Assembly: GCA_964106915.2 (NCBI GenBank)
Contig: OZ066921.1
From: Podarcis gaigeae
Taxonomy: Eukaryota
Reading direction: 5' to 3' (one strand)
Length of the DNA stretch: 64,000 nucleotides
The notes under the pieces are model-generated. The model ran no database searches and was not told the DNA's origin. It was given only the letters and a program-made list of their open reading frames with translations. Position numbers and translations under genes: made by a program. This document shows positions 45,902 to 58,740 of this stretch, piece after piece; positions within the stretch are counted from its first letter, which is position 1, and the number at the start of each line of letters is the position of its first letter.

Positions 45902-46946
45902 CTGAGGGGGAAAGCACACAGTAATAAGACAGAACAATCATAAGCTTGCATGGTGCCTCAATGAAACAACACTCTGAAAACTGTTTAACATTTAAACCAC
46001 ACCAACTGCAACATTGGATCCCTATCCCATTAAGGCATGTTAAATTTTTCAACTTACAAATTCCAAAAATGAGGGGTGCTAAAAAGTTGTAAAATGACTT
46101 GGAAATTCAAAATATATTTTGATTAAATTAATATGATTTAGTTTTACTTGGCAACTAACTACATAAAACATTGACCTTTTGTTTTTGTACAACTTCCAAT
46201 AATTTTTACCTTCTTATAAAAAATATGTAAAAATGTGTGTGAAATTGAATATCATAAAAAATGATTGCCAAGTACTTGCAGTTATATATTACCCCGCATA
46301 ATGGACACTTTAAAAAGCACAAGCAGCAAGAAGGCGGCATACTAAATATAAGCAGAGAAGTAAGCAGGATGCTTCAATACCATCAAATGAAATAATTTTT
46401 TTGGCTGATAGAAATGAATAATAGCCAAGGTGGAAATGATGGAAGTTATGAACTGGCAATAGAAAAATCAAGTACACCTTCCACTTTGAATAAAAAGACA
46501 GAGTACAACATATTAGAAATAAATAATTTTGCTATGCAGGGCATTAGATATGCTGTTGACCAGCTCACCACAGATTTGTAGTTGATCACAATAAAATCAA
46601 GAGAGCCCAAGAAAAAGATATCAAATCCCTGAATCAGGAATCTGATTATCTTTGTCAGAAGGGTGAAATTGACTGGTTCAACATCAAAGTAAAGCACTCA
46701 ATGGAAGACCCACAAGTTAGGCTGCAAAAGAAGGCTGTGGTGGATGCTGTTTTACCAACCATTCAGCACTCAGCATGGTATGCATTTAGCAAAATGATAA
46801 TCCAGACACTCTTGGGCTCAGAGAGCAGTGGGAAGAGGAAAGCTCATATCTGAAAGATCATTAACTTGAGGGGTAGAGTTGATCTTTTAATAAAAGTTTT
46901 GCAGAACCCCCCCCCCCAATCACCAGCTCTCTATGCCACCACTTAC

Positions 46947-47092
46947 CTTAAAGACTGGAGGAGCCCTTTTTTCAGCTGTAAGTGCCATGGGAGCAGCCTC
47001 TTCACTCTTGATCACAGAGTTTGGCCTGAGTGGCGTTATCAAGGCACTGGGAAGAATATTTACCTTGTCCAGGTTACAGCCACTGGTGTTCA
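46947..47092 (-). CDS. NFAT5: NFAT5 exon
   Basis: ctgcag|VNTSGCNLDKVNILPSALITP...EKRAPPVFK|gtaagt; 146 nt. Confidence 0.93.
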
Positions 47093-47472
47093 CTGCAGCA
47101 GAGAACAAACACAGTCTTACTGGTGTCCTGAAGGATAGCCACAGGGGCTGAGAATAAGAGGACTGGTTGCTAGGGCTACCCCTCCACTCTCCAGAAATTA
47201 GGTTGTAAACAGCAACAAGCATCTGAATACATAGCACTGCCACAGAGAGGGTAATACATCTGGTAAAATAAGTCACTATATGGCAAGGACTATACTAGTA
47301 TGCTACAACAAATACAAGGCCATGTGACAACTCACATTTGACAAAGTGATCTCAAGCTCATTATTCCACAGTAAGTGTGTTCATCTTTAAGATGCTACAA
47401 GATTGTTTTGTGAGTAATTTGATGGAAAGAGTAATCTTGATGCTTTCAGCTCTCCTTACCAAACAGGGATCA

Positions 47473-47648
47473 AGGAAGTTGCCTTATGCAGAGTGAGACC
47501 ATTAGTCCATCTACAGTACTTTAGCTTTACTAATGGTTTTCCAGGGTTTCAGACAGTAAACTTTCCAAGTGCTACCTAGAGATGACAAGGATTGAAACTG
47601 GGACCTTCTGTATACAAATCAGATGGTCTACCACTGAGCGACAGCTCA
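47473..47648 (-). mobile_element. tRNA-derived SINE (Squam2-like)
   Basis: Reverse complement GCTCAGTGGTAGACCATCTGATTTGTATACAGAAGGTCCCAGTTTCAATCC...GGCAACTTCC. Confidence 0.8.
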
Positions 47649-48289
47649 TCTTCTGAAGAGCCATAAAGTTGTTATTACAGGAAAAATCACCCTGATCTCT
47701 GATGTCCATCCATTTGCAAGCCACCAAGTTTCCCCATTCTGTTCTTTCAAATTGCATCAGCTTTTGCCAGAACACATCAAATGTTCAACTTCTTGCTTAT
47801 ATTAAGGGTTTTAAGTAAAGGTGAAAGTAGTAAAATAAGGGCATGAAGGAATTTGCAAGTGTCTTTTATCAGCTGAAGAATAGTTTTCTATGGAAATAAT
47901 CCAACAAACAACTTGTACAAGCCTGCAAGTGATGAGCAGCAGTTGTTTGAGCCAAATGGCATCAGCATTTCACTGTGACTGATGAAGCATATGTAATTAA
48001 CTGCAAGAATTCCAGGCTGATACAAAGAAAGGAGAAGGGATGAATTGGGATCAAAAACATAATCCTGCACACAGAAAAATGGGTGAAATATTTGACTCGA
48101 AGCATAATGAAGAACAAACTGTAAGTACAACACTGCCACATTTATCATGACACACTTCATGTAGGCCAAGTCACACAATTATACTGGTTAATACATAAAT
48201 TAGTTTTGGAGAAAGAACGAATATGCCCTACACATACAACAAGCCGAATGGGAAACACTCAAATGCAAAATTGAAGCCAAGATTGGAGA

Positions 48290-48476
48290 AGTGTCATAAA
48301 TTCAATGGTAGCTGCTCTGCATGCAGAAGGTCCCAGGTCTAATCCCCACCATCTCTAGGTAGGACTGGGAAAGAATCCCGTCTGTGACTCTGAAGAACTG
48401 CTGCCAATCAATGTAGAAACTGCTGAGCTAAATCGACAAATAATCAGTGAATGTATGAGAACATCTCCTGTTCCTA
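48290..48476 (+). mobile_element. tRNA-derived SINE (Squam2-like)
   Basis: TGCATGCAGAAGGTCCCAGGTCTAATCCCCACCATCTCTAGGTAGGACTGGG...CTGCTGCCAATCAATGTAG. Confidence 0.8.
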
Positions 48477-49147
48477 GTGAGTTGGAAACATTCCAGAACA
48501 GCTATGCTGAATCTTTTCCAGCTGCAGCCCTGGAAGCCTGACAAACTCATGACCTTACTATTTATGCTGCTTTGCTTCAAAAACACATGCTCTTGAGCAG
48601 CTTCTGAAACTTAATTAGCTTCAGCAAACAATTCACTTAGTAAGAGCACACAAACCAACAGGGCCTGCCACTATAGTACACACAGAGTAGTAAAGACAAC
48701 TGCAAAGCAAGTACTATGAATAATTTATTCTCTATTTTTATTTGAGTGGTGAGCTTTGCACTAGCAATACAACTCTTATGTCAACATTTTCATGAAACAG
48801 TTTAGCAAGTTATCTGCACTAACTTCATGTTTAGTCAGGACTTTTAACCACTTGTGGAATTAATATGTATTAGAAACAGCAACACTAGAGTAATTGCAAG
48901 ATTAAAGCCCCAGCATATACCACTGTCTCTGCGACCAGGAGTCTTAGGCTGCAATCATATGCACACTTACTTAAGAGTAAGCCCCACTGAGCTCAAAGCA
49001 ATTTACTTCTGAGTTGACATGCAAAGGACTACACTCTTAATTTGTGATCACAATAAAGCTCTAACGAAAATCTCTCTGAAAGGTCTGCAGAAAATTGGTG
49101 TAAGTTAGAACTCAAAGAGATTAATACCACTGCTAAGAATTAGATAC

Positions 49148-49225
49148 CTTTGATAGCATCATCAAAAGAGCAAGGCTGGGTTGGACTGGGTATTTCCTGC
49201 TTCACGTTCACATTCAGAGTACCAG
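49148..49225 (-). CDS. NFAT5: NFAT5 exon
   Basis: ttgcag|[26 protein letters not shown]|gtatct; 78 nt. Confidence 0.92.
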
Positions 49226-49619
49226 CTGCAAATGCAAAAGACACTGCTGACTTTCAGAACAGATGTAAAGCAAAGTGTTCCCCCGTAAGGTGAAAGGTAC
49301 ATTTTAAAAGTTTCTCTCTATTTTCATGTGCGCAGTGGTGGGGGAGACCTTAACTCAGATCTTTGTAATACGGTGTAGCCCCAAACTCATCTTCCTCCCA
49401 TAAAGCCTTCAAGCTTCAGAGAGACAGGCTCTCTTCAAAGAATGAGAGCAAGTCCCTGGTGTGCAGCTATCATGTCAAGTAGTGCAAGAGATGTTGCCCA
49501 CCCAACAGTCTTGCTTTCTTCCTCAGCCTCTTCCAAAGATATAACAATTAAATACAAGAAAAACTGTGCAGAAGTATTTGCCAAGGGCCATCTCTACAGC
49601 TTCATCATTTTCAACATAC

Positions 49620-49752
49620 ATGTATCAGGAGTGTAAGTAAATGGCTGTATGTCATGTGATCTTCCAGCATTGGTCACCACATAGATCCCCACAGAAACTG
49701 GGGCAGTTATTTGCTGGTCGTGATATGGCGGCACCTTCACAATTAGATGATT
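49620..49752 (-). CDS. NFAT5: NFAT5 exon (IPT/dimerisation domain end)
   Basis: tttag|[44 protein letters not shown]|gtatgt; 133 nt. Confidence 0.96.
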
Positions 49753-50159
49753 CTAAATCCAAAAAAAAAAAGAAGTTTGTTAGAGCAGACACCTTACCAA
49801 CTTATATCTTCACAGACTAACACTACAAGACCTAATCATAAGAAGTAAAGATTGCATTGGAGGTACCAAGGATCTGCTGAGAAATCTACCCAGCTACAAA
49901 TTGTAAAGCTGAATCTCTTGAACATACCTATCAGTAGTGAGAGCACACAGGAGAAAAGTCTTTACTCAGCATAATCTTCCTATCTCTGCTATTACAATCT
50001 TCTTAATTTCAGAAAACCTGCACATAAACAGCAACTCACTGTTTCCTTGTTTTGCTTTGCTATAGCTTCCACTGCTCATCCACCAAAATGCCAGTCAGGG
50101 ACTTAGGTTGTGCAGTGGCAGCAATGAAAAAACTACAGGGAGGTGATTTTGAGGTTCCT

Positions 50160-50310
50160 TAGCAACTAGTAGTATTCTGAAGCAGACCAGAGGTAGTATT
50201 TAGCCACAAATAACCTTATTCTCCATTAATTTGTCTAGCCTCCTTTTAAAGCTGTCAAAGCTGACAGCCATTACCACATATTGTGATATGAAATTCTATA
50301 GATAACTATG
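50160..50310 (-). mobile_element. CR1 fragment
   Basis: TTATTCTCCATTAATTTGTCTAGCCTCCTTTTAAAGC is homologous to 3050-3080. Confidence 0.65.
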
Positions 50311-50599
50311 CTGGGGATGGGGAGGCAGACATAATACCCAGCAGTTTATCTGCATTATTTGTGACTAGATCTGAAATAATTTCCTCACCCAACAAAAACC
50401 TAAGCTCAATTTATGATCCATGATAACAGCAGGTTATAAAATTAAATCATAGCCAGAAATATTGGGAACTAATATTTCTGTTTTTAAGTAGTAAATAGCA
50501 TATGACATATATGCAAAATAGAAAAGTAATCATATCTTTATTTGGGAACTTTATCATCACAAAATCTTATAGAAATAATTAATAGTAACTTGGTCTGTT

Positions 50600-50671
50600 T
50601 GGTCCTGGTAGCTAGGGATGATGGGAGTTGTAGTCAAACAACATCTGGGGACCCAAGGTTGAGAAAGGTTG
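50600..50671. mobile_element. Half copy of the same hAT MITE
   Basis: GGGATGATGGGAGTTGTAGTC...CATCTGGGGACCCAAGGTTGAGAAAGGTTG followed by CTCTAGAT. Confidence 0.7.
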
Positions 50672-50732
50672 CTCTAGATATTTTTCCACTGTCAACTGTA
50701 TTTACTCTAGATTCTTAAAAACATAATCACCA

Positions 50733-51140
50733 CCTTGCTGGATCAGACATTGATCCAACTAGTCCAGCAGCCTGTTCTCACAGTGGCCAATCAGATGCCT
50801 CCATAGGAAGCAGGGCATGAGCACAACAGACATGTTATATGGTTACCTTTTTTAAAAATAAAAAAAGTTTCAACAATTTTATCTTTGTTTTTAATTAATG
50901 ATGGTATTATGTATATTTGTTTTTATTGGTTTATGGATATTAACCATGCTTTATATATAATTTTATTTGTATACCACCTGGAAAAAAACTTGTAAAATTT
51001 CTAACTAAATAAAAGAAACAGCACTTTCACCAACCACCTTCTCCAACAACTGGTAGTCAAGAGGCATATTGCCTCTGATAGTGAAAGAAGTTAACACCCA
51101 TCATCGGTAGTACCCATTGATAGGCTTATCCTCCATTAAT
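50733..51140 (-). mobile_element. CR1 3' end interrupted by an AT-rich LINE-tail-like insert (50830-51015)
   Basis: CR1 similarity stops at ...GAGCACAACAG and resumes at AACAGCACTTTC... Confidence 0.65.
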
Positions 51141-52055
51141 TCAAGAAATGATCATCACTAAATCATTTTGAATCCATAAAGTAGCATTGTAAAAAGAGAG
51201 AAGATATTAAGATTCTAACTTTACGGATTCAAAATGTTTTGGTGACAGTAAGATTTCTTGAAGGAAGAGATAATTAATGCATCTTTAACCCTAGTGCAAC
51301 AATGGATTTGGGTTTGGATTCCCATCATTAGAAGACTAGAAGAAAGTTAATCATTGTTTATGGCAGTCCTTATAGTAGCAGTTGCACAAAAGCCAATTTT
51401 TGATCATCCTACTTCCAAAATGAGGGTCAGCACACCTAGAAGAGGAATGACTGACTGATTGCTGCTTGCATAGGAACATTTGCTGTTCTGTATCTCACAA
51501 GCAGGGCAGAGGCGGGAAGTGGAGAAAGAAATTGCCCTTATAAACAGAACAATTATAGTGCTCACTCACATAATCTCTGTGGTTAAGGGCTGCAATGGCT
51601 ACCACTACATGAAAGAGAAGAGACTGCTTAGGTTGTGAAAAAATGTGAAATGTACCACAGTTTTGCAACTCGGGTTTAAGGAGTAGGGAGTAAGAGAAGA
51701 AATGACAACTTTGTGCAAACTATTTGTACACACACAAAAAGGTGACCCAGCCAGATACTATTTATGTCAAAATATCTGTCCATGAAGACTGATCCAGTCT
51801 GTTGGTCATATGATTGTTTGACAAAAAATTAAGCCACATGAAGGCAGCTTTTGTAGCAAATTTACCTTTTTAAACTTGGGCATAAAGAACTCGTATTTCA
51901 ACTTCATATATGCTTTCTAAATCCTCCCTTCCAAATATATGATAAGAGAAAAAATTCTTTAGCAATTCCTCAGGCATAAATGAACAACTGTATCCCAACT
52001 ATGAACAAGGAAGATTTTACATCTGGATTTCTGTGCATTTTTAAAAAGCATGTAC

Positions 52056-52108
52056 CTGATGAAACAGCTCCATGTCAATTTCTGCTTCCCCTTTCCAAGA
52101 GTTTTCAT
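52056..52108 (-). CDS. NFAT5: NFAT5 exon (IPT)
   Basis: aacag|[18 protein letters not shown]|gtacat; 53 nt. Confidence 0.95.
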
Positions 52109-52302
52109 CTGTTTGAAAGCAAAAGAGAGTAGAATTACTGCACAAGCTCAGCTAAGTTTATTCATTGTCAGGGAAGCTGGTCACAGGAACCACCTACCTC
52201 CTTGGCTACCTGCAGAGGCATTCGTTAGCCCAACTCCATCCACAATGGTCGCCCCACCCCTCACCTCCATTCTCAGCCTGAGTATGTATGTATGGTACTC
52301 AC

Positions 52303-52437
52303 CAGACATATTCTCTTGAAAGATCACTTTTGTTCCCTTCAGAAAGTTCTTGCCAATTAAAAAGACTTCCTCCTCTCCCTTCACAGAACAACTGTGCAGG
52401 CTTTTCTTTAGAATCTCTGGTACACCAGCTGGCTGAG
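52303..52437 (-). CDS. NFAT5: NFAT5 exon (IPT start)
   Basis: tgtag|[45 protein letters not shown]|gtgagt; 135 nt. Confidence 0.97.
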
Positions 52438-53476
52438 CTACAAATTGAAAAAGAGAAGGCATATTTATTATATAAACCCCCACACCTGCAACTTAATGCC
52501 AAAATGGGCTTCTAAGTGGTTTAACTGACAACGTGCAAAAAGTTGGCATCATCTCCCAAGGTCTCAATCTGGAACTGGTCATTTGGCTTGCATGACATAT
52601 AGGAAAGCAGAACTTACAGAGATTCTGCTTGGGTGTAGCAAAGCATGCCCATCCTTTAATTCATCAGAGAAAAGCACAGCACAACTCTCCTAGGAATTGG
52701 CACATGACTGTAGTCTACTAGAATGTGCTCATCATAGCATTTCCCCCCTAGGTAACACTGAAGTAAAATAGCACTGGTTTTCTCTTTTATAAATGGGCTA
52801 GTGCAAGGGGTTTCAAAAATCAACCAACTGTCATATACAACATCTTAGTGGCCTTTAAAATGTGTCTCACAACAAGGTCCATAACAATTGGCTGGACATG
52901 TACATACAGTCTTCAGCAAGTTTCCAAATACAAATAAGCTCTATATCAATATTACACAAAAGTTAGTCATTTTGCCCAGATGCAAAAAGTTGGCATTTTA
53001 AACACAACTGTAGTTTTAAGCCTCAAGCCAGCAACAAATAATTCAAACCACAGAAGCAGGCTATCTCAGGCTAGAAACAGTCATTTTTATTTGCCTGTGA
53101 TACATGCCACACTCCTATTCCAACTATGTGCACTGCTTGGTGGATTGACAGGGCACACTGTTAATTTGGATGTAGACCAGATCCCCTACACCCAAGTTTT
53201 GGTTAACACTAAAAATAGATCAATGAGGGAACCAATTAGATATGCTATAAGCCTACACAGAAAAAGTAATTTCATTTAAAGCAGCATGAGGACTCCTAGC
53301 AACACAGACACACATGAAAACTAAGTTTGTTTAAGGTCTAGGCAATTTATTTGGTTTATTTGGGTTGTTCATTCTATTTTGTTATTAAAGCAGAAAATGA
53401 AATGCAGGGCAACTGAATTAACAGGGGACCCAAAGCCCCAGCAAGATGGAACTCAGAGTTTGACTTTACAACTTAC

Positions 53477-53649
53477 TGCACAGAATTGGTGAGGACGGCG
53501 TCTGCAGGGTCAGAATGGAACCATCCTTCCGAGTGATGTTAACACGGAACACTAGTCTGGCCCGAGTGCTTTTTTTCTTGGAGCCAGCGATGCCTATTCG
53601 AGCTTCAACATCTGCATTTCTCAGTTTCAGTATTCCAACACAGTCCACC
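53477..53649 (-). CDS. NFAT5: NFAT5 exon (Rel homology domain)
   Basis: gctag|[57 protein letters not shown]|gtaagt; 173 nt. Confidence 0.97.
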
Positions 53650-53924
53650 CTAGCAACACAAGATTAAAGTTACCTACCCAACTTGCTTTCAAAGAGGCCA
53701 CTTAAGTTTTGCTAAGGTATGTAAAACAGCAAGCTTCCTAGGTCTCCTGGCACATGGGTATTTAACCCAAGCGAGAGTTGCCCATATAAACACTACAGAT
53801 GCATGTGCCTCTACAGCTGCAAAGATGATGGAAGCAGCCACAAAAAGCTCCCTCACCTCCAAGCTCTGCAGCAACAGCTACTGTCAAAAGAGCAAGCCTT
53901 AAATTGGAGAGGGGTGTGTGCTAA

Positions 53925-54170
53925 TAGTGTGGTGTAGTGGTTAAGAGCGATAGACTTGTAATCTGGGGAACCGGGTTCGCGTCTCCGCTCCTCCACATGC
54001 AGCTGCTGGGTGACCTTGGGCCAGTCACACTTTGAAGTCTCTCAGCCTCACTCACCTGACAGAGTGTTTGTTGTGGGGGAGGAAGGGAAAGGAGAATGTT
54101 AGCCGCTTTGAGACTCCTTAGGGTAGTGATAAAGCGGGATATCAAATCCAAACTCTTCTTTTTCTTCTTC
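53925..54170 (+). mobile_element. Near full-length tRNA-derived SINE (Squam3-like) with TGCTAA target-site duplication
   Basis: Box A TGGTGTAGTGG, box B-like GGTTCGCGTC, CORE-like GTGACCTTGGGCCAGTCAC, (TTC)n tail; TGCTAA at 53919-53924 and 54171-54176. Confidence 0.88.
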
Positions 54171-56520
54171 TGCTAAGGCAAATAGTCACTTGCTGGCCTT
54201 GGGAAATTCATTTTCAGTCTCTCTCCACCTCTCCCATAAAAAGGGGGCACAGCAGCTTGCCTACTAGGTGTGTTAAGAGGATGGCAAGCAATCACTTTGC
54301 ATGTTATTCAAGGTAGCTAAAATGTTCTTTTAAATGTGTTTGTGAGAAGGGGGGTATTGGTTTTTTGTTTTTGTTTTTGTTTTTATTATGTATTTTGTAT
54401 TTTCAATTTCTATTTTTATGCTGCGAACTGCCCTGTGATCTTTGGCTGAAGGGTGATATACATTTTTTTAAAATATATATATATATTAATCTTAACTACG
54501 GAAGTGTGAAATCCAAAAGAGGCTGCTTTTAGGCAAAGTTTATTTGGCTTCCATGCAATGTGCCTCTAACAAAGAACAGCTGCAGGTGTGTTCTTAAACC
54601 TATACACAAATTTCTTTGATACAATAGTTTGAAAATAGAAATAATTTTAAGCTTTGTCATGCAAGAGCCATGACCCAAGAATCCTCAACAATAGCCAAAA
54701 TAAGCAATTTGTATTATGGCCAAATACTTCCAAAATATCTTTTTTCAGAAACTAAAATAACCACCTAAATGCTACCTCCCCATAACATTTGTTATAAAAT
54801 GCATTCATCCTAAATATTCAGAGAGATTTGGCTAATGGATTCAAATATACCAGAGGGGAAAATAGCATCTTTAGAGAAAAGCAAAAGATGGCAGTAGCAC
54901 TTCAGATTCAGCTGAGGCATCAGTAGCTCACAGATCAGATTTGGTGGCAGACAAGGAAGAGCAATGAATCTGGACAACCCAATTATGCTGGCTGGCTGAG
55001 TGCTCATCACTAGAGCAACCAGTCACTATTCTGAGACTCTTTTGCATCTCTCGCTTGCATAAAGCAAACAGAGAAAACAATGAACTAAGAAATCAGTTCG
55101 TCAATGAAGTGAAAAAGTTTTTCAATTCAAATTATTCTCTCTGGTTCCCAGAATATCCATTCTGCATTTTCAACTCCCCCACCCAGTAAGGAGAAAGATG
55201 GCCACAGAAAATTCATTTCAAATGCTGTAGAGGGAAGTACAAAGCTGCTGTACTTCTTATTCACCAGATATTTGAAAAAATTCAAGCTACACTATGATGC
55301 CAACATTATTATTAATAATATTTATTAGTCACTTTACTCATAAAAATGGCTCAAAGTGAACATGAACAGAAGTACTAAAACCAATAAAAATAATCACATC
55401 AATAAAAAACTCACATCTATACAAATAAAAGACAGGTCCAGACCCTGCCCCCCACCCACAAGAGGCCAGAAATCCTTCAAACTAAGGGCCAAAAAGCCCA
55501 AGCAAAAAGGGGGTAAATGCTTTGCGCTGACATCTGAATAGAATTGGACAAAATTTTTGTGTTACCTGCCTCTAGTCTATGGGCCACAGCAGCTATGTCA
55601 AAATAAACATGGAGTTTAAACTGCAGGTTTATTCATTGATACTGCCCCCCCCCCCCATCCAGCCCTACCCATGATCAAAGCAGGAAATGGCAAATCTTTA
55701 TCTAACTGGTCTTCACAAAAAGGATCATGTAATATAGATCTCAATTCTTCCCACTTCAGACAATTCAACAGATGAGGCCTAGCTCAAAACCAGCTACATG
55801 GACGAACAGGTGAGGAATGATCTGGTATCGTCTTAGTACACTATTATATCCCATCAATAGACCACAACAGCTTTAAATTAAAAGGTTGATCCATTTTAGG
55901 GAGGGAGTCAAAATACAGATCCCATTACGGAAGCTGAGACTGACCAAGTCACAAGCAATACAAAACTTCCTAGTGCACACACACAAAGCTCCACATGGCA
56001 GACAGTTTATAAGAGCTTTGTGCTCACTGAAAGACAGCATTGTTTATTTCATCAGCAGAGTCACCACTACTGAGCCAGCAGTGTGAGAGCACTTCATCTT
56101 ACAAAATTCTGCTAGTTTCAGATAGCAGCCCAGTTAAGAGCATTTTGACTAGAGCACAGCTGATGCATTCACCTAGCCTTGCCACCAGTTCACTGGCAGC
56201 TTTCACAGTGTTAACTGGGGAGGCATACTTTAGTCCTGCCTTCCACCTACCTTGTCTTACAGCTAGCTATCAAAAGAAAAACACCCCACAAGACAATGAA
56301 AAGTGGGGAGAGCTGCATTTTCCAGAAGAGTCTCTACAATGTCACTTTTGCCAATCAGTTATTTGTTGTCATTTTTAAAAAAGAAGGATCTAAGAGTTCG
56401 GAATAATATGCCATATTCTCTTCATCTTATTTCCATGTATCTAAAATGCTTTATAAACATTATATTTATATACATGGTCTTAAAAGTTTTCATTGTATAC
56501 AATGTGTCAGCCTAAGCTCA

Positions 56521-56662
56521 GGATGAGAACAGAAATTGCACGCCAGCGGTGCGACAGCAACGGGAGGCCCCATTAGCTAAAGTGGTACCTCAGGTTAAGA
56601 ATGGTTTCAGGTTAAGAACGGATCTCTGGAATGAATTAAGTTCGTAACCAGAGGTACCACTG
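56521..56662. mobile_element. Tc1/mariner-pogo (Tigger-like) MITE, right-hand part
   Basis: Ends GAGGTACCACTG; internal inverted copy AGTGGTACCTC at 56581; repeated TCAGGTTAAGAA motifs. Confidence 0.75.
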
Positions 56663-57050
56663 TGTTGGTACATGAAAGGCTCCTCCACATTCACAGATTT
56701 CTAGGCAAGCTGGGGCTGCCCCATTAACTTCAGCAGTAGATGTTACATGCACTGAAATGCTGTGCATATAGCGTTCTGACACGAAAGTGTCTGCCTACAT
56801 GCATTTTGTGCAGACCAGAATCCCAAGAGCTCTAGATTGGGGCCAGTGTACAGGAAATAATTTAAGTATATTCAAGTAGTTCCCAGATTTACTGCCTTTT
56901 ATTGCAATTAAAAATGCCTGATCTGAGTATATACAGAATCATAAAGAGCTGAAAGGGACCTTAAATTGTCACGTAATCCAAAGCAGGAAATATGTTGCTA
57001 CAGAATCACTGAGAGACCCAGAAATAGTACAGTGAAAAACAGTGACTTAC

Positions 57051-57241
57051 GCCAAGGTCATGTTGTTGTTTGGATCCAAGCCCACCTCAATGACGGTGGT
57101 ACCCTCTATGTCAACTTCTTTGCAGGGTGTGGTGTTTCGTCCTGTAACCCTGCAGGCCTGATAGAATCCATGAGGTTTCACCCGACCAGAGTCATTCCCC
57201 ACAAAGACCTGCAGTGTCACAGCCTCATTGTGACCTTCCAG
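57051..57241 (-). CDS. NFAT5: NFAT5 exon (Rel homology domain)
   Basis: tgtag|[64 protein letters not shown]|gtaagt; 191 nt. Confidence 0.97.
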
Positions 57242-58547
57242 CTACAACCATAAAACAGGCAGGAAAGCGTTAATAGACTACAACAGGCAATGCAAATAAT
57301 TTGCAAATATTACAATGTAAGGGTATTTTGAACATCAGAACACTAGTTAGTGTTAAAACCCAGTGGTGCACTGAAAGTCTTCTCTTTTCCAAAATAACAG
57401 CTCAACTCTTCAGTTGTTGCAGGCTATGTTAAACCAATTTAGTTCCAGTTAATTATGCAATATCTCAGTTATACTTCCCTGAGTCTATCAAGCAGGAATC
57501 AGAATCCTTGCTTATAAACAGCAAATCTGCAATTTAGTCCCAAACTGAAATCCTTTCATCTTTATTCCAGTGTGTTTATTGTGTATCCATTCAGAATTAT
57601 GTATTTAATTATGTATCCATTCAGAAACAGTGGCATTTTCAAAAACCTATCAGAAATTAATGGACTTTCTAAACATGTAGTTATAAAATACAGAAACACC
57701 TCATCACAAAACAGTCCTAAACACTTCTAGATTATAAATTCTTCAGAAACTGTACATGCACAAAACCATATAAAAGCAATTCAGTCTGTATACTATTAGG
57801 ATACAACATCTTTCAAACTTTATATTTGCTCAGAAAGTGATGTAGTTAAGTGATTGAATTATCTCTCCCCAAATAATCCATGCTATTTTTTGTTCTATTA
57901 AGTGTTTAACATCCACAAATATTCAAGGGCAACATGAGCAAAATAGAGAGCAATGATTTCCCCACCAGCTGGATTAGTAGCATTTTGTAATTCCTTGGTG
58001 CACTGTGCACCTTGATGTCCCAGAAGTCTGTCCATACTCCAGGCTAAAAGTTAGAAAGCCATTGTAGGCACAGAGCCCCATTCAGTTTTAACACAGTCGT
58101 TGAGCTTGCCTAGTTTCTGATGAACAGCCCCACAGACAGTGCTCTGTGTATTCATTTAACTGTTAATTGCTGAGAGCAGCTATTGGTCTATATTTACACA
58201 TCCTCCACTCAACAAGAAAGGCTGCTCTGTACTAAACTAAGACACATCTAGACCTCTACTCTCCAAACAACACAAAAGCCACATCCCTGAGAAATATGGA
58301 ACTATATACACAGATTCTAAATTAGTGCAATTTAAAACTTAGTATGACAACATCAGTGCTGAAAAACACACCATGGCACTGGCAACAGTTTGTCACTGCA
58401 GGGAAACCCATGAAGCCCTGGAGGACCTAGTATGTTTGTCTTTTGGCTGGAGTCAGGTTTGGCTGGGGGTGAAGAACTGGATTTTCACTTACCATAAATG
58501 GCAGCACACTCCTGAATTGGCCCACCCCAAAAACTGAATTGGCCTAC

Positions 58548-58740
58548 CTTTACGGTGGGGAATCCTTGTTGTGTTCTGTCTTTCACCGAGCCCCGACTGC
58601 CCTCAGTTAGGTAGCGAGCTCTGTGCTGTGTCTCTGGTTGCACCATTATCTTCAGCTCCTTGCCTTCACTTTTACCAGGGTACTGACCACATAACATAGG
58701 ACTCTTCTTGCCTCCAGTTGTTTTTGGGGTTTCTGATGTT
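58548..58740 (-). CDS. NFAT5: NFAT5 exon (RHD start, DNA-recognition loop RARYLTEG)
   Basis: tttag|[21 protein letters not shown]...[31 protein letters not shown]|gtaggc; 193 nt. Confidence 0.97.

Noticed and set aside
43540-45924. Plus-strand poly-Leu/Ala ORFs and alternate-frame poly-Ser ORFs
   Set aside because: Shadows of the CAG-rich NFAT5 exon
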